The position numbers and the translations under genes were made by a program. From a virus (taxonomy: Duplodnaviria; Heunggongvirae; Uroviricota; Caudoviricetes), in IMG/VR virus record IMGVR_UViG_3300028914_000001, positions 253,489 to 317,488 of that record: 64,000 nt of DNA; one strand, given 5' to 3'. A model generated the notes under the pieces. It did no database searches, was not told the origin of the DNA, and worked only from the letters and a program-made list of their open reading frames with translations. Of this stretch, positions 1-10,353 are shown piece by piece. How positions within the stretch are numbered: the stretch's first letter is position 1; each line of letters starts with the position of its first letter.

Positions 1-32
1 TTATTTTTGCCTTTTGAGGCGGATGGAGAAAG

Positions 33-554
33 ATGTATACACGTTCAGAAATAAATAAGTTTTTACGATGCTATAAATGCACGGGCAGCCAGAAGAAGAC
101 TGCACAGGATTTTGCCGACTTTGCCTATGTTGGACAGAAGGACAAGGCTGGCGGAACGTTGATGTCTCATGCGGAAAGAGTCGTTGAGTACCTTGAAAAG
201 AACGGTTATAGTGATAATGTCGTTATCGTAGGCTATCTACACGACATCTTGGATAACGGTGGCTTTTGCCAGAGTGACCTAAGCATGTTCTTCCCGGAAG
301 AGGTATGCGAAGCTGTATCCCATCTTTCGCACAACAAGACATCTTGCCGTGAGGAGTATCTTACCAAAATCATGGAAAACAAGATTGCCACAATCGTTAA
401 GATTGGCGACTTGACTGACAACATGGTTATCACCAAGAAGGAATACCCGACAGACCGTGAATACTGGAAGACTTGCAAGTACAATCGTGAGATTGAGCGT
501 CTTACCGACAAGCTTCACGAGTTTGGTGACGAGCCCGAGCAGGCGGAAGACTAG
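33..554 (+). CDS. HD-domain protein, RelA/SpoT hydrolase-like
   Basis: H..RV, LHDILD and VKIGDLTDN motifs resemble small SpoT/Mesh1-type HD hydrolases. Confidence 0.7.
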   Translation: MYTRSEINKFLRCYKCTGSQKKTAQDFADFAYVGQKDKAGGTLMSHAERVVEYLEKNGYSDNVVIVGYLHDILDNGGFCQSDLSMFFPEEVCEAVSHLSHNKTSCREEYLTKIMENKIATIVKIGDLTDNMVITKKEYPTDREYWKTCKYNREIERLTDKLHEFGDEPEQAED

Positions 555-566
555 AACGCTCTAATT

Positions 567-1163
567 TTAAAACATATGGTCTAGGTCAAAATCCTCTTCA
601 CCCTCTGGCACGGGTTCCTCTGCAGGAGGTTCTTCGCTCGGTGGAGTAGGGTTTTCCGCAGGCTGTTCTGTCTGCTGGTCAGTAGTTTGGTCAGTCGGTG
701 TGTCCGTTTGAGGTTCATCAGCAAACAGGTTATCCAGGTTAAAGTCTTCTTGCTCTTCCACCATAGGTTCAGCAGGAGTTTCTTCGGTTGGTTGTGGCGG
801 CACTGAATTGTCTGCCGGGGGAGGGACCTGACCGAACAGGTCGGCTTGTTGAGCCGGGTCTGGTTCGACGGTTTCGACATTGTCGTCCTTATGGTCGAAT
901 ATCTCGTCGCCTTCCTTCTTGTTGTTGTTTACACCAACCATGGAATGTACCTTGTCCATGAGGTCGTTCACACCCTTTGTGTTGGTCTGCGTGATTTCAG
1001 TCTTTTCGACCGGGGTTTCAGCGGCTTCGTTGTCCGTCTGGCCCATTTGCGGAGCCAAGTTTGATTCCATTAGACATTTGCGGTATATCTTTGATACGGA
1101 CTCGTACAATGCGGGTTCATGGGTTCTTAGATATCGAAGTTGTTGACTGAATGTTGCTGGCAT
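567..1163 (-). CDS. Acidic Pro/Glu-rich late protein with shared N-terminal leader
   Basis: 198 aa ORF downstream of 1168-1608; leader ...LYESVSKIYRKCLMES. Confidence 0.6.
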   Translation of the reverse strand: MPATFSQQLRYLRTHEPALYESVSKIYRKCLMESNLAPQMGQTDNEAAETPVEKTEITQTNTKGVNDLMDKVHSMVGVNNNKKEGDEIFDHKDDNVETVEPDPAQQADLFGQVPPPADNSVPPQPTEETPAEPMVEEQEDFNLDNLFADEPQTDTPTDQTTDQQTEQPAENPTPPSEEPPAEEPVPEGEEDFDLDHMF

Positions 1164-1167
1164 GATA

Positions 1168-1608
1168 TTATCCTACGATGTTGTCCATCTTGCCGTTAAG
1201 TGCGGCATTGACGGTATTCTGAACTTCGTCCAGTTCGCTGTCCAGCTTTTTCTGAGCATCGGCAGCGGCCTTCTGGTTTGCTTCCTTCTGTTTTTCAATT
1301 TCTTGGAAACGTGCGGCGAGAGACATCATTTTCTGTGAGTCGAGGTTATTCAGGTCACCTTGAACAGTCCTTGGTTCGACTTTATTCTGCTGCTGTTGCG
1401 GCTGTTGCTGTTGCTGATTAGCATTTGCAATTACCTGATTCTGCTGTTGTGTATTAGCCGTCGAAATAGTCTGCGGCTGCTGGATGGTAACGGCAGATTC
1501 GAACTGGGATTTGCCTTCGTTCCTTAACCATACGTCGTGCAGGGCGTTGATTGCAGTCTTGAACTTTTCGTCGTCGACGTATTCGTTGATGAACTTGATG
1601 AATGTCAT
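1168..1608 (-). CDS. Gln-rich late protein with shared N-terminal leader
   Basis: 146 aa; GAGGA RBS; TATAAACTA upstream at 1640-1648 (minus). Confidence 0.65.
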   Translation of the reverse strand: MTFIKFINEYVDDEKFKTAINALHDVWLRNEGKSQFESAVTIQQPQTISTANTQQQNQVIANANQQQQQPQQQQNKVEPRTVQGDLNNLDSQKMMSLAARFQEIEKQKEANQKAAADAQKKLDSELDEVQNTVNAALNGKMDNIVG

Positions 1609-1639
1609 TGTACTTTCCTCATGTAATTGCCTCTGTGTA

Positions 1640-1683
1640 TAGTTTATACCCTTGATGCTGATTGTGTACCAGATTATAAACTA
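1640..1683. promoter_or_regulatory. Divergent pair of putative late promoters TATAAACTA
   Basis: TAGTTTATA at 1640-1648 and TATAAACTA at 1675-1683, each upstream of a gene; similar to T4 late TATAAATA. Confidence 0.75.
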
Positions 1684-1705
1684 TAATTGAAAAATTGGAG
1701 ACCAG

Positions 1706-4700
1706 ATGGAAAGCAGAAATTTAAAAATAAAGGATTATGTAACTCATGAACGTGTTCCTGTGAGGGGTGATTCTCATGGAAATTTCACGCTGAGTCCTTT
1801 AGGCTTTCCGTTCGTGAACCGAAGTGGATACCAGCGTGGCACAACGCCGCCAACGACGTTCAGTGCGTCCATGGTGTATAAGCCGGAAACGTTTGAAACT
1901 ACGATTACCCCTATTCTTGAATACAAGGATGAGTTCAAGTTTCCTCGTACTGACAGCGACCATGATACATTCCAAGTTAATGCTATCTTGAAAGTCCGTG
2001 ACCTTGGATATTCTATATCCAGTGACTCAGCGAATTTCTATCAGCAGGCAGTGGTGTCAGTCAAGGTAGATGATGCCACTTACGAACAGGTAAATGGTAT
2101 TTATCACGTTGATGATACCAACCATATACCCGTAGCGCAATCGGTTGATATTCCAGATGATTTCCCTGAAGACGGTATCTCTTGTAAGGTGACGTTCAGC
2201 CCTGAGGAGACAAAGGATATTGTCAGTCCGATGTTCATACAGTTTACGGGTAGCGGCGATAACAACGGTGTTTACAAGCTGGTCGTTCAGGAGAAACCGG
2301 GCAGCGACATTACTCGTTACACATGGATGTACAAGACTTCCAATGAAGAAATTGCATGCGGTGGCGAAGATAATGTCACGTTCGACGGAAGCGAGAATGA
2401 TAACGTCCATGACCATTATCGAAATAGGGTAAGTGACCAGGAAGTTGCTGATTACCTTAACCACATGCTCGGTGTCGCAATCGAATGTGGAAAGTTCCAC
2501 GGGGCGGAATATCCAGTAGATTCACATGGTCTTCTAGTGAAATGGTTCCTTAGCCGTGGAGCAATCGTTCACTCGGTCGCCGGAAAGACTGTTGTCCTTG
2601 ACGGGTTCGGCCATGTCTTGGCCAAGAGTGATTTGAGCGATTGTTCGGGTACACCAGAAGACAGCGATAGGGGGCCATACGGCATAGGGATTATGCACGA
2701 GTGGCGAATGTCAACTGCCGGAGGCTATTACCCATCATATGAGTTGGACTCCGATTATAACAACATATCGCTTGAAGTCGAGAAGTCTGGTGAACGGCAC
2801 ACGTTTATCATCAACCAAGACCTGAGTGATATGGTGGATGCTCCTCCGAGAAAGACGTTTATACATCTTCCCGCAGGCTTGGACTTGGCTGACGGAACAG
2901 AAGTCGAAATGAATATCGCTCTGCCTGTTGTTAGCCAGCCAGACAAAGTTGACTCGACAGAGGAACAACTAGAAGCGGCCATTAAGAGCTATACGGACTA
3001 TGTGTCCCAGCCTCGTGTTTACATTGTGTCAGGTAAGCAGGTTCCGCTTCCGAATAACTCCGTTCAGGATTCAGGCATATCTACGACATCGAGTTCTTTC
3101 ACGTTCAGGCCGAAGAATTCAATCGACGTTGAGAATGGGGCCCATATTGCATTCGGGTTGCTTAATAGATATGAATGCTCAAAGACTTTCCACTTCGTTG
3201 GTGTTGTCCGTAAGAATGGTAATACAACTACCATAGAGGTGAACGGCCAGTTCCCATACAACCGTTCAAGCAGAAGATGGAAAATGTATTCCAAGGATGC
3301 TACCTGCATTGTTGACGTAAGGACTGTCGATGACGATGGTGGTTTGACGGAATATACGACTGATAGCGGAGCGTTCAATAAAGACGAGACGCTTAAACCG
3401 AAATTCCCGACTGACCCCAAACTGATTGATGAAGATTCTATCATTGCCACTGTGTATCCGACATCGACGAATACTTTCCCGTGGAGACTTAACGGAAGAA
3501 GCCGTGTCCGCCATCTAGGGCTGACCGCTAGTTCAAGTGTAGATTATAACGAGAATGCTAAACCGTTGACTAGGTTCGTGTTCGAGATGAACAAAAAAAT
3601 ATATGGTCACCTCAGCGACATGTTCCATGGTTACAAACCAATGTCGTATCTTCGTTATGACGAGGAAAACACTGACGAAACCGTTGGACACTCTATTCTA
3701 GCATCGCTCCTTAGGGTAGCGTTGCCGACAAGCCTTGATGCTGACATTGACGAGACGAAGAAGGATGATATGTATGTGGTGGCTAATGCCACAAAGGCAT
3801 TCCGGGAACTTATTGGAGATTTTAAGGTAGCCAGAGTCGGGTATGAATCATCTCGTGGATGGAGCAATAAGCAAGAAACCAGCTGGGGATATACAGCGGA
3901 TAGACAGGGAGATATATGCCCGCTGCCTGATGTCAGTGAGCCGCTTGAAGATGGAACCGAGCAACGACTAAACGATTGGGAAACTAAGATTATCCATCTT
4001 CCGAACTACTGTCTCGGCGTTGATGAAAAACTGAAAAGGAATCTAGCCTATGCGGGTTGGAACGAGTACACCCGCACAGATAATTTTAGAATTTTCTATG
4101 CTGATGAGGTAGATAAGTTTGTCGACTGGGACGGATATGAAGGCGTAGGTAATACGCATTACAAAGAATTTAAAGACGATTCTGGAACGACACAGAGGAC
4201 TGTTGACAATTACACAGATGATGCGGAAGGTGACATCCCGTTTAACTATACTGCAGAAAACAGTGTATTCAAGCTCTTTGTTGTGAGTAAGAATAAGCAG
4301 ACTGTTAATCAGTACGGAGCATACGTTCATGGATTCCTTGACCTTCCGATAATCAAGAGGGGTCTTAGAGCAATATCGTGGCTTTTCGTTGATGAGAGTC
4401 ATCCTGGACAAGAAAGCGAATTTCTGAATCGTGAAATGGAGCCGTTCTATCCGAGTTCACATGTTATATCTACGGACGGAGTTGCGTTTCCTGATGTTAG
4501 CAGAAATCTACTGCGTGACTTTATACAGCACGCTGATGTTGAAGACCGGGATGTAAAACGAGCTCTTCTCGCTTTCCCGGATAAGGTAGTTACGTTTAAG
4601 GACGAGAGCATATCTGATTTGTCAGCTGAATTGATTTCGGCCAATATTCCGAACGATGACGAGAACCCGGCAGTTGACTACATGAAGTCTTTGCTTACAA

Positions 4701-5920
4701 TGTATTCCAACGGAATGCCGTTGCATATGTATGACGCACATCGTGCCATCAATGTGGAGTCGTCTAGTGATGATTATGAAGAGTTGCTTCATACGCACGA
4801 AGTTACGCTATATAACAGAAATGCAGATTCCGATATGCAAAAGCAGCATAGGTACTGTGACCTTGCAACTAATACCACAGATGGACAAGGCAGTGAAGAT
4901 GTCAACATGACTTACAACTTCATTTCAGAAAATGCTCTTGAAACATCTAGTGCGGTATCTCTTACATCGGCCTTGGAAAGTGTTTCCGCTTCGTTTATCG
5001 AAAATGTGTTTGGAGCCAAAACGGATGAGGACGAGACCACGCATAACGGAATGTATACTAGAATTCACATTTCGGCAGTATTCTCGTCTAGTCTCGGCAG
5101 ATGGATAGTGAAGGATTACAGACAGTATCCTACCTGCTATTTGACTCCGCTATATGGTGCGAACACCATAGACTACACGGAGAAGTCATACGCCTACGGC
5201 AATCCTAAGAGCTATGCAAACCGTGTCTCGATGAATGCGGGAATGGCCAACAAGGTATTCAACGTAAGCAAGTACATTGATGCATGTGAAAAACAGCCTT
5301 TATGGCAACTTCCTTGTGGCGTAGGAAGTGACTATAGAGATGGCCTGTATACCCGTTATTCCGAGCAGGCTCCTCTTGAAATGAACCCAGGTTGTATCCC
5401 GTTCCTGATGGAATCGTTCCCGTATGACAATGACGGAAAGTTGGATAGTTCTGTCAAGTTCAGGAACCTGTACGAAAGCATATCTACTCCAATGGATGCC
5501 AACGGGGAATCAAAGGAAGGGGCGGTCCCGGAGGTCAACTTCTGGAACATCAAACTGCATGTAAGGCCAGCCCGCAGTGCATACCCAGGCGCCGACGTTC
5601 CTAGCAATACGGCAAGAACTGGCGGAACCATAGCTGAACCTACACTAGGTATGTTCCACGACCTTGATGAGGGTATCGAAGGCGAATTCATCATTACTGA
5701 CGATGAAACGAACCAGACAGAATACCTGATTGACGACCTCACTCATATTGGTCCTGATATTGAGGTAGAACCGGGTGACGAGCGTGTTCCGTATGTCATA
5801 TTGACCGATTCCGATGAATACGGTTCGCTGGTATACGATGAGCCTGACCCGGAAGGATGCTCTACTAAGTATGTGGCGATAGCGACAGACAATCCGTTAA
5901 GTCCAAAATACGCAGATTAA
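1706..5920 (+). CDS. Large (1404 aa) putative virion structural protein
   Basis: Long ORF with GGAG RBS behind a late-type motif; acidic; no recognised family motif. Confidence 0.5.
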   Translation: MESRNLKIKDYVTHERVPVRGDSHGNFTLSPLGFPFVNRSGYQRGTTPPTTFSASMVYKPETFETTITPILEYKDEFKFPRTDSDHDTFQVNAILKVRDLGYSISSDSANFYQQAVVSVKVDDATYEQVNGIYHVDDTNHIPVAQSVDIPDDFPEDGISCKVTFSPEETKDIVSPMFIQFTGSGDNNGVYKLVVQEKPGSDITRYTWMYKTSNEEIACGGEDNVTFDGSENDNVHDHYRNRVSDQEVADYLNHMLGVAIECGKFHGAEYPVDSHGLLVKWFLSRGAIVHSVAGKTVVLDGFGHVLAKSDLSDCSGTPEDSDRGPYGIGIMHEWRMSTAGGYYPSYELDSDYNNISLEVEKSGERHTFIINQDLSDMVDAPPRKTFIHLPAGLDLADGTEVEMNIALPVVSQPDKVDSTEEQLEAAIKSYTDYVSQPRVYIVSGKQVPLPNNSVQDSGISTTSSSFTFRPKNSIDVENGAHIAFGLLNRYECSKTFHFVGVVRKNGNTTTIEVNGQFPYNRSSRRWKMYSKDATCIVDVRTVDDDGGLTEYTTDSGAFNKDETLKPKFPTDPKLIDEDSIIATVYPTSTNTFPWRLNGRSRVRHLGLTASSSVDYNENAKPLTRFVFEMNKKIYGHLSDMFHGYKPMSYLRYDEENTDETVGHSILASLLRVALPTSLDADIDETKKDDMYVVANATKAFRELIGDFKVARVGYESSRGWSNKQETSWGYTADRQGDICPLPDVSEPLEDGTEQRLNDWETKIIHLPNYCLGVDEKLKRNLAYAGWNEYTRTDNFRIFYADEVDKFVDWDGYEGVGNTHYKEFKDDSGTTQRTVDNYTDDAEGDIPFNYTAENSVFKLFVVSKNKQTVNQYGAYVHGFLDLPIIKRGLRAISWLFVDESHPGQESEFLNREMEPFYPSSHVISTDGVAFPDVSRNLLRDFIQHADVEDRDVKRALLAFPDKVVTFKDESISDLSAELISANIPNDDENPAVDYMKSLLTMYSNGMPLHMYDAHRAINVESSSDDYEELLHTHEVTLYNRNADSDMQKQHRYCDLATNTTDGQGSEDVNMTYNFISENALETSSAVSLTSALESVSASFIENVFGAKTDEDETTHNGMYTRIHISAVFSSSLGRWIVKDYRQYPTCYLTPLYGANTIDYTEKSYAYGNPKSYANRVSMNAGMANKVFNVSKYIDACEKQPLWQLPCGVGSDYRDGLYTRYSEQAPLEMNPGCIPFLMESFPYDNDGKLDSSVKFRNLYESISTPMDANGESKEGAVPEVNFWNIKLHVRPARSAYPGADVPSNTARTGGTIAEPTLGMFHDLDEGIEGEFIITDDETNQTEYLIDDLTHIGPDIEVEPGDERVPYVILTDSDEYGSLVYDEPDPEGCSTKYVAIATDNPLSPKYAD

Positions 5921-5998
5921 AAATTTTTTACTAGAATAGCTTGTAAAAAACATATATTTCAACTTAGAAGTTAAACCCTCTAAGTTGGGATTTTAAAT

Positions 5999-7279
5999 AT
6001 GAAGACAAGTACCCCCGAAAGCGGTTTCATTGTCACGCTCAATGCTGAACAGAAGGAACTCTTCAAGATAGCACAGAGATATGGATGGAACCGTCAGAAA
6101 CTACTTGATAATGCACAGAAAGAAATCGACAAGGCTGGCCTCGGCATCTCCAAGGATACGTTGCGCAAGCGCTTTGACAGACTTTCCGAAAGATTCAACA
6201 CTTACAACGCTGCTCTGAACAAGGATGAGGAAGTCCCCCAATATCCGCAGGATAAGGAAGACCCAGTCGAAGACCGTAGGGAAAGCGAAAATACCTACTT
6301 AAAGAAGCAGCTGAACAGCCTCCGTGCCGAAAACAATAAGCTCAGGGTTCGTTCATATGTTGCAACAGAGTTGGCTGATGCATTGAAGACAGAAATTGCC
6401 GAAGTTGAATACGACAAGTTCTACATCAATGTCAAGAAGGCTAACGACGGTGAAAACCACCTTGTTCTTCCAATTTCGGATGCCCACTATGGAGAAGTTG
6501 TTCCAAGTGCCAGCACCCACGGAATTAACGAGTACAATCCAGACATTTCCAAGGCACGTCATATCAAACTCTTTGAAAAGGCTCTTGAAATGGCCCGTGA
6601 CAACAAGTGCGGAACCCTTGACATTCTCATGCTTGGTGACCTTTTCTCTGGCAACATCCATGACGAACTTAAAGAGACTAACGCTGGCCCGCTCACTAAG
6701 CTCCTTATTGACTACTTCAAATTCATTGTAGGTGCTTTCAAGAGCCTGAAGAATCAGTTCAAGAAGATGAATGTTTACTGCGTAGTTGGTAACCATTCCC
6801 GTACAAATCAGAAATGGCAGGCAAAGAATAAGGCGTACGATAACTACGAGTACATCCTGTACAAGTTCATCGAGGAAGCATTTGCCGAAGACAAGACCGT
6901 TTCCATCCATGTTTCCGAAGCCCCGTCTGACATTGCCGTAATCGGTGAACAGAAGTGGAAGATTGAACATGGCGACGCATATCGTGGCGGCGGTGCATTC
7001 TGCTCCCCGATTAGCACGGTCACCAGAGACAACTTCAAGGACTACGGAATGTTCATGAAGATGGGCATTGATTTCGATGTCGCCATCATGGGTCACTGGC
7101 ATCGTGGCGGTGAATGGTTCCTCAGCGGCAAGTGCATCCCTGTGTTCCTCAACCCGTCAATCGTCGGCCCTAACGAATACAGTATTGAAAAACTCCACGA
7201 GACTTTCCCTGCTTCCAGCTACATCTTCGTGACCAACGGCAAGGAAATCACATCTCAAACCCTCTACATGTTGCAATAG
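5999..7279 (+). CDS. Calcineurin-like metallophosphoesterase with N-terminal helical/coiled region
   Basis: DAHYG, LGDLFSG, GNH, EHGD and GHWH motifs. Confidence 0.8.
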   Translation: MKTSTPESGFIVTLNAEQKELFKIAQRYGWNRQKLLDNAQKEIDKAGLGISKDTLRKRFDRLSERFNTYNAALNKDEEVPQYPQDKEDPVEDRRESENTYLKKQLNSLRAENNKLRVRSYVATELADALKTEIAEVEYDKFYINVKKANDGENHLVLPISDAHYGEVVPSASTHGINEYNPDISKARHIKLFEKALEMARDNKCGTLDILMLGDLFSGNIHDELKETNAGPLTKLLIDYFKFIVGAFKSLKNQFKKMNVYCVVGNHSRTNQKWQAKNKAYDNYEYILYKFIEEAFAEDKTVSIHVSEAPSDIAVIGEQKWKIEHGDAYRGGGAFCSPISTVTRDNFKDYGMFMKMGIDFDVAIMGHWHRGGEWFLSGKCIPVFLNPSIVGPNEYSIEKLHETFPASSYIFVTNGKEITSQTLYMLQ

Positions 7280-7282
7280 ATT

Positions 7283-8437
7283 ATGGCTACATTTTCAATG
7301 GCAAAGGCTCACATATTGAGGCTCGCTCCTGAAACGGCGTGCCTCCTTATCGGTCAGCCAGGTATTGGTAAAACTGAGTTTGTTTTCGACCTTGCTCAAA
7401 CGCTGGGTCTTGAACTCGTCAAGCTCCGTTGTGCCGAAGCTGGTGAAACGGGAGACCTTACTGGCCTTCTGAGGGAAGTCAACGGAGTTCATTCCCATAC
7501 GATTCCCGACTGGCTTTCCCACAACAGGCCCGTATTGCTGTTCCTTGACGAAATCAACCGTGCCAAGAAAGACACCATCAACGCTATCATGCAGCTTTGT
7601 ACGAAGGAACAGGAATTCCTTGGCCACAGGCTCGCACCGGGGTCAAGGGTTATATGTGCGATGAACCCGTCCGATATCGCCAGTAACGATGTTGACGAGC
7701 TGAACCGTGCCTTGTATTCCCGTATGTCCAGAATTCACATCGACGTTAGCAAGACTGACTGGCTTGCGTGGGCCACGACGCACGGCATCCACCCTGATAT
7801 CATCAACTACATCGACCAAGCTACTGACGAGCACTTGTTCAAGATGGAAGATGTGGATAATTTCGAGGATGAAAACACGGTCAACCCGAGAGCGTGGGAA
7901 AACTTCTCGAAGATGTACATTAACGGAATTAAGTTGGGTGATTACAAGCAGAATCCGAGCCTGATACAGAAGGATGCTGCTAGCCATCTCGGCCCCGTCG
8001 AAGCGTTGGCATTCTTCTCTTGGCTCTGCACGAAGCGGATGTTCAACCCGCAGAATTTCCTCTTGGAAACTAACCCGACAAAAGCTATCACGGCAGCCAC
8101 TCGTGTTTCTAAAATGCTTGATGTCTACCAGACTGAGCTGTGCCGTAATGTTACCAAGACGATGATATCACTTCTGTCCAATCCTTCGATGGAAACGCAC
8201 AAGAGTACAATTATTGCTAACTTGTATTACTTGTATGACCGCTTGTCGGTCGAGCATGTTGCTGACGCATACGAGACTTACATCAGGGAGGCTGCTCTTC
8301 AGAACGACAAGCCGGACTGGTTCACTAAGTTGGCTCATACCAACGAGGAGACATGGAGTAAGATAAAAACCATTATACAAGGAAAGGGAAAACCCGTCGT
8401 TGGTGTAAAAAATTCTAAACAATCAAAGAAAAAATAA
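7283..8437 (+). CDS. MoxR/dynein-related AAA+ ATPase
   Basis: Walker A GQPGIGKT, Walker B LFLDEINRA, AMNP, NPRAWE. Confidence 0.85.
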   Translation: MATFSMAKAHILRLAPETACLLIGQPGIGKTEFVFDLAQTLGLELVKLRCAEAGETGDLTGLLREVNGVHSHTIPDWLSHNRPVLLFLDEINRAKKDTINAIMQLCTKEQEFLGHRLAPGSRVICAMNPSDIASNDVDELNRALYSRMSRIHIDVSKTDWLAWATTHGIHPDIINYIDQATDEHLFKMEDVDNFEDENTVNPRAWENFSKMYINGIKLGDYKQNPSLIQKDAASHLGPVEALAFFSWLCTKRMFNPQNFLLETNPTKAITAATRVSKMLDVYQTELCRNVTKTMISLLSNPSMETHKSTIIANLYYLYDRLSVEHVADAYETYIREAALQNDKPDWFTKLAHTNEETWSKIKTIIQGKGKPVVGVKNSKQSKKK

Positions 8438-8455
8438 CTTTTTTATCGAAACCCC

Positions 8456-8484
8456 TTGCCAGAGGGGTTTTAATATACTATATT
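8456..8484 (+). promoter_or_regulatory. Sigma70-like promoter TTGCCA-N17-TATATT
   Basis: -35 at 8456-8461 and -10 at 8479-8484; same architecture at 26333, 35365 and 63627. Confidence 0.7.
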
Positions 8485-8529
8485 CCTTGTCAGTGGACTA
8501 GAAAATTCACTCAACACAAAAGGTAAAAT

Positions 8530-9069
8530 ATGATTATCAAACTCAACATTGCAGGCATGATGCCGATTCGTCTGGCTCTCGCTAGCGAACTTACACAGCA
8601 ACTCCACGTTTCCCGAAAGAAGGATAAGTATGACCGTCGTGTCACCACTTCCTGGATTACGGGTACTACAACTGTGAAACTTGAACGCAACCATTCCAAC
8701 AAGAACAGCAAGGATGTCAATGGCTTGATTTACATCGGTCGTTCCTTCCAGCAGTACATGGATAAGTTCGACGCTGGTGTTGGCTTCCGTCTGGCTGGTG
8801 TCCGTGCATTCGCTAAGTTCTTCGCTGTAAACGGCAAGAGCGAAATCGAAGCTACCAAGTTGGCCGAACAGGTTATGGACATCGTTGTCGCCAACAAGGA
8901 TAAGGAACATGTAACTTTTGGTACTGAACCTGCAAAGGCTCCGGCCAAGGCTGTCGCCGCCAAGAAGCGTGGTCGTAAGGCCAAGACCGAAAAGGTCGAA
9001 AAGGCTGAAACCAAGACTGTTGCTTCCCCGGCACGTAAACGTGGTCGTCCCCGCAAGCAGCCTGTTTAA
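8530..9069 (+). CDS. Basic DNA-binding protein with histone H1-like tail and AT-hook
   Basis: Ala/Lys/Pro-rich C-terminus with KKRGRK and RKRGRPRK; strong codon bias. Confidence 0.6.
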   Translation: MIIKLNIAGMMPIRLALASELTQQLHVSRKKDKYDRRVTTSWITGTTTVKLERNHSNKNSKDVNGLIYIGRSFQQYMDKFDAGVGFRLAGVRAFAKFFAVNGKSEIEATKLAEQVMDIVVANKDKEHVTFGTEPAKAPAKAVAAKKRGRKAKTEKVEKAETKTVASPARKRGRPRKQPV

Positions 9070-9081
9070 GGAGAATGCAAC

Positions 9082-9678
9082 ATGAAGAAGGAATTCAGTG
9101 GATGCCTCAGTGCATTTAGTCCTGCGGTAAAGGATAATGTTCCGTACGTCAAGGTTTCTATCAAGACTACGGAAACTGGTGCTGATAAGCACCTCCTGTA
9201 CGGTACGGAAGACATTGATGATGCGTTTGCTAGTCTGAAAAACTTCGTTGCGAATAAGGGCTATGGAAACACTAAGTGCGACCTTGATGACCCTCTTCGT
9301 GTGAAGCTGACGTTTGCGTCGTTTACGTTCGATGCATACCTTGTCTCTATCGCTGTAAAGAAGAAAGTGGACAAGGAAGTCGGTGATATGGCTGAGTACA
9401 CGTTCAACTTCGAAAAGGACCCGAACGACGCCGACACTAAGTTTTGGGCATCTCATCTCAAAGTCAAGGACGATGACGATAAGGATGACCAGGACGATGG
9501 TGAAGACGAAGTATCCCCTGTTGATGAAGAAATTATGAAACAGACGGATAGTTTGCTTGGCGAAGATGGTCCTAAGAAGAAAAAGAAACATAAGGCAGGA
9601 TTTATCCTGTATGCAGTTTCTTTTGAAACTGTGTCTGAAGCTGATTCATCTGACGAAGTATCTTCTGAGGAAGAATAA
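9082..9678 (+). CDS. Hypothetical protein with acidic C-terminus
   Basis: 198 aa ORF; AGGAG RBS. Confidence 0.6.
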   Translation: MKKEFSGCLSAFSPAVKDNVPYVKVSIKTTETGADKHLLYGTEDIDDAFASLKNFVANKGYGNTKCDLDDPLRVKLTFASFTFDAYLVSIAVKKKVDKEVGDMAEYTFNFEKDPNDADTKFWASHLKVKDDDDKDDQDDGEDEVSPVDEEIMKQTDSLLGEDGPKKKKKHKAGFILYAVSFETVSEADSSDEVSSEEE

Positions 9679-9767
9679 TGATGAAGTATACACCAGAAAC
9701 AGATAAGATTTTAGCTTGGGTTCTAATCCTGGTTATTCTTGCTGGACTTCTGGTATATCTCTTCTGA
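9678..9767 (+). CDS. 29-aa single-pass membrane peptide (not in ORF track)
   Basis: MMKYTPETDKILAWVLILVILAGLLVYLF; TAATG coupling to the upstream stop. Confidence 0.5.
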   Translation: MMKYTPETDKILAWVLILVILAGLLVYLF

Positions 9768-9788
9768 TGGTTTTGATATCTTGGGTAG

Positions 9789-9822
9789 AAAGAAGGCTGT
9801 CCTGATGGGCAGCCTTTCTTTT
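9789..9822. terminator. Intrinsic terminator, likely bidirectional
   Basis: AAGGCTGTCC-TGAT-GGGCAGCCTT followed by TCTTTT, between convergent genes. Confidence 0.75.
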
Positions 9823-10345
9823 ATGTATGCGCTCCTTTGTCAAACAGGCCACATACGTTTTCTTCGGTCAATACAATCCAGTTGACACCTCTGTTGGCAC
9901 ACCAGTTTCTTGCTGCTGCCCATTTCGCCTGGTTTACCATCACTTCTTCGCACTGCATGTAGTAACGGGCCATCTTCTTTTGGTATGCTCGTACTTTTTT
10001 CGGGTTTGCACTTTCGGCCAATGCCTTTGGCGGCTTCGGCATTACGGAAAATTTCTCCGGCTTGATTTCGATTAGGAACTTGTTTATCTTGGTGTCCGTG
10101 CCGGACTTGCATTCACAGTAGATGTCAGGGAAATACTTGCTCATTTTATGGAGCTTCGGCGACATATAATAGATTTGGAAATCGGGTTCATATCCCCATT
10201 TTAGAACATAGTTGTTCTGGTCCATTGCCTGAAAAATCCTTTCTTCCCATGACGACTTGCAAATTGGTGCCGCCAGATTTTCCATGTACTTCTCTGGATG
10301 TATCAATTTGTACCTAGCGTGCTTTGTTTTTACACCGTAAATCAT
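9821..10345 (-). CDS. Head completion nuclease (T4 gp4-like, TnsA-like fold)
   Basis: KSSWE, W.YE, YFPD, IEIKP and NQAKWAAA..WC...LTE motifs. Confidence 0.85.
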   Translation of the reverse strand: MIYGVKTKHARYKLIHPEKYMENLAAPICKSSWEERIFQAMDQNNYVLKWGYEPDFQIYYMSPKLHKMSKYFPDIYCECKSGTDTKINKFLIEIKPEKFSVMPKPPKALAESANPKKVRAYQKKMARYYMQCEEVMVNQAKWAAARNWCANRGVNWIVLTEENVCGLFDKGAHT

Positions 10346-10353
10346 TTCTCCCC

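Noticed and set aside
9821-10345. TnsA-like transposase of a Tn7 element
   Set aside because: Motifs and context match the T4 gp4 head completion protein; no tnsB or tnsC present.
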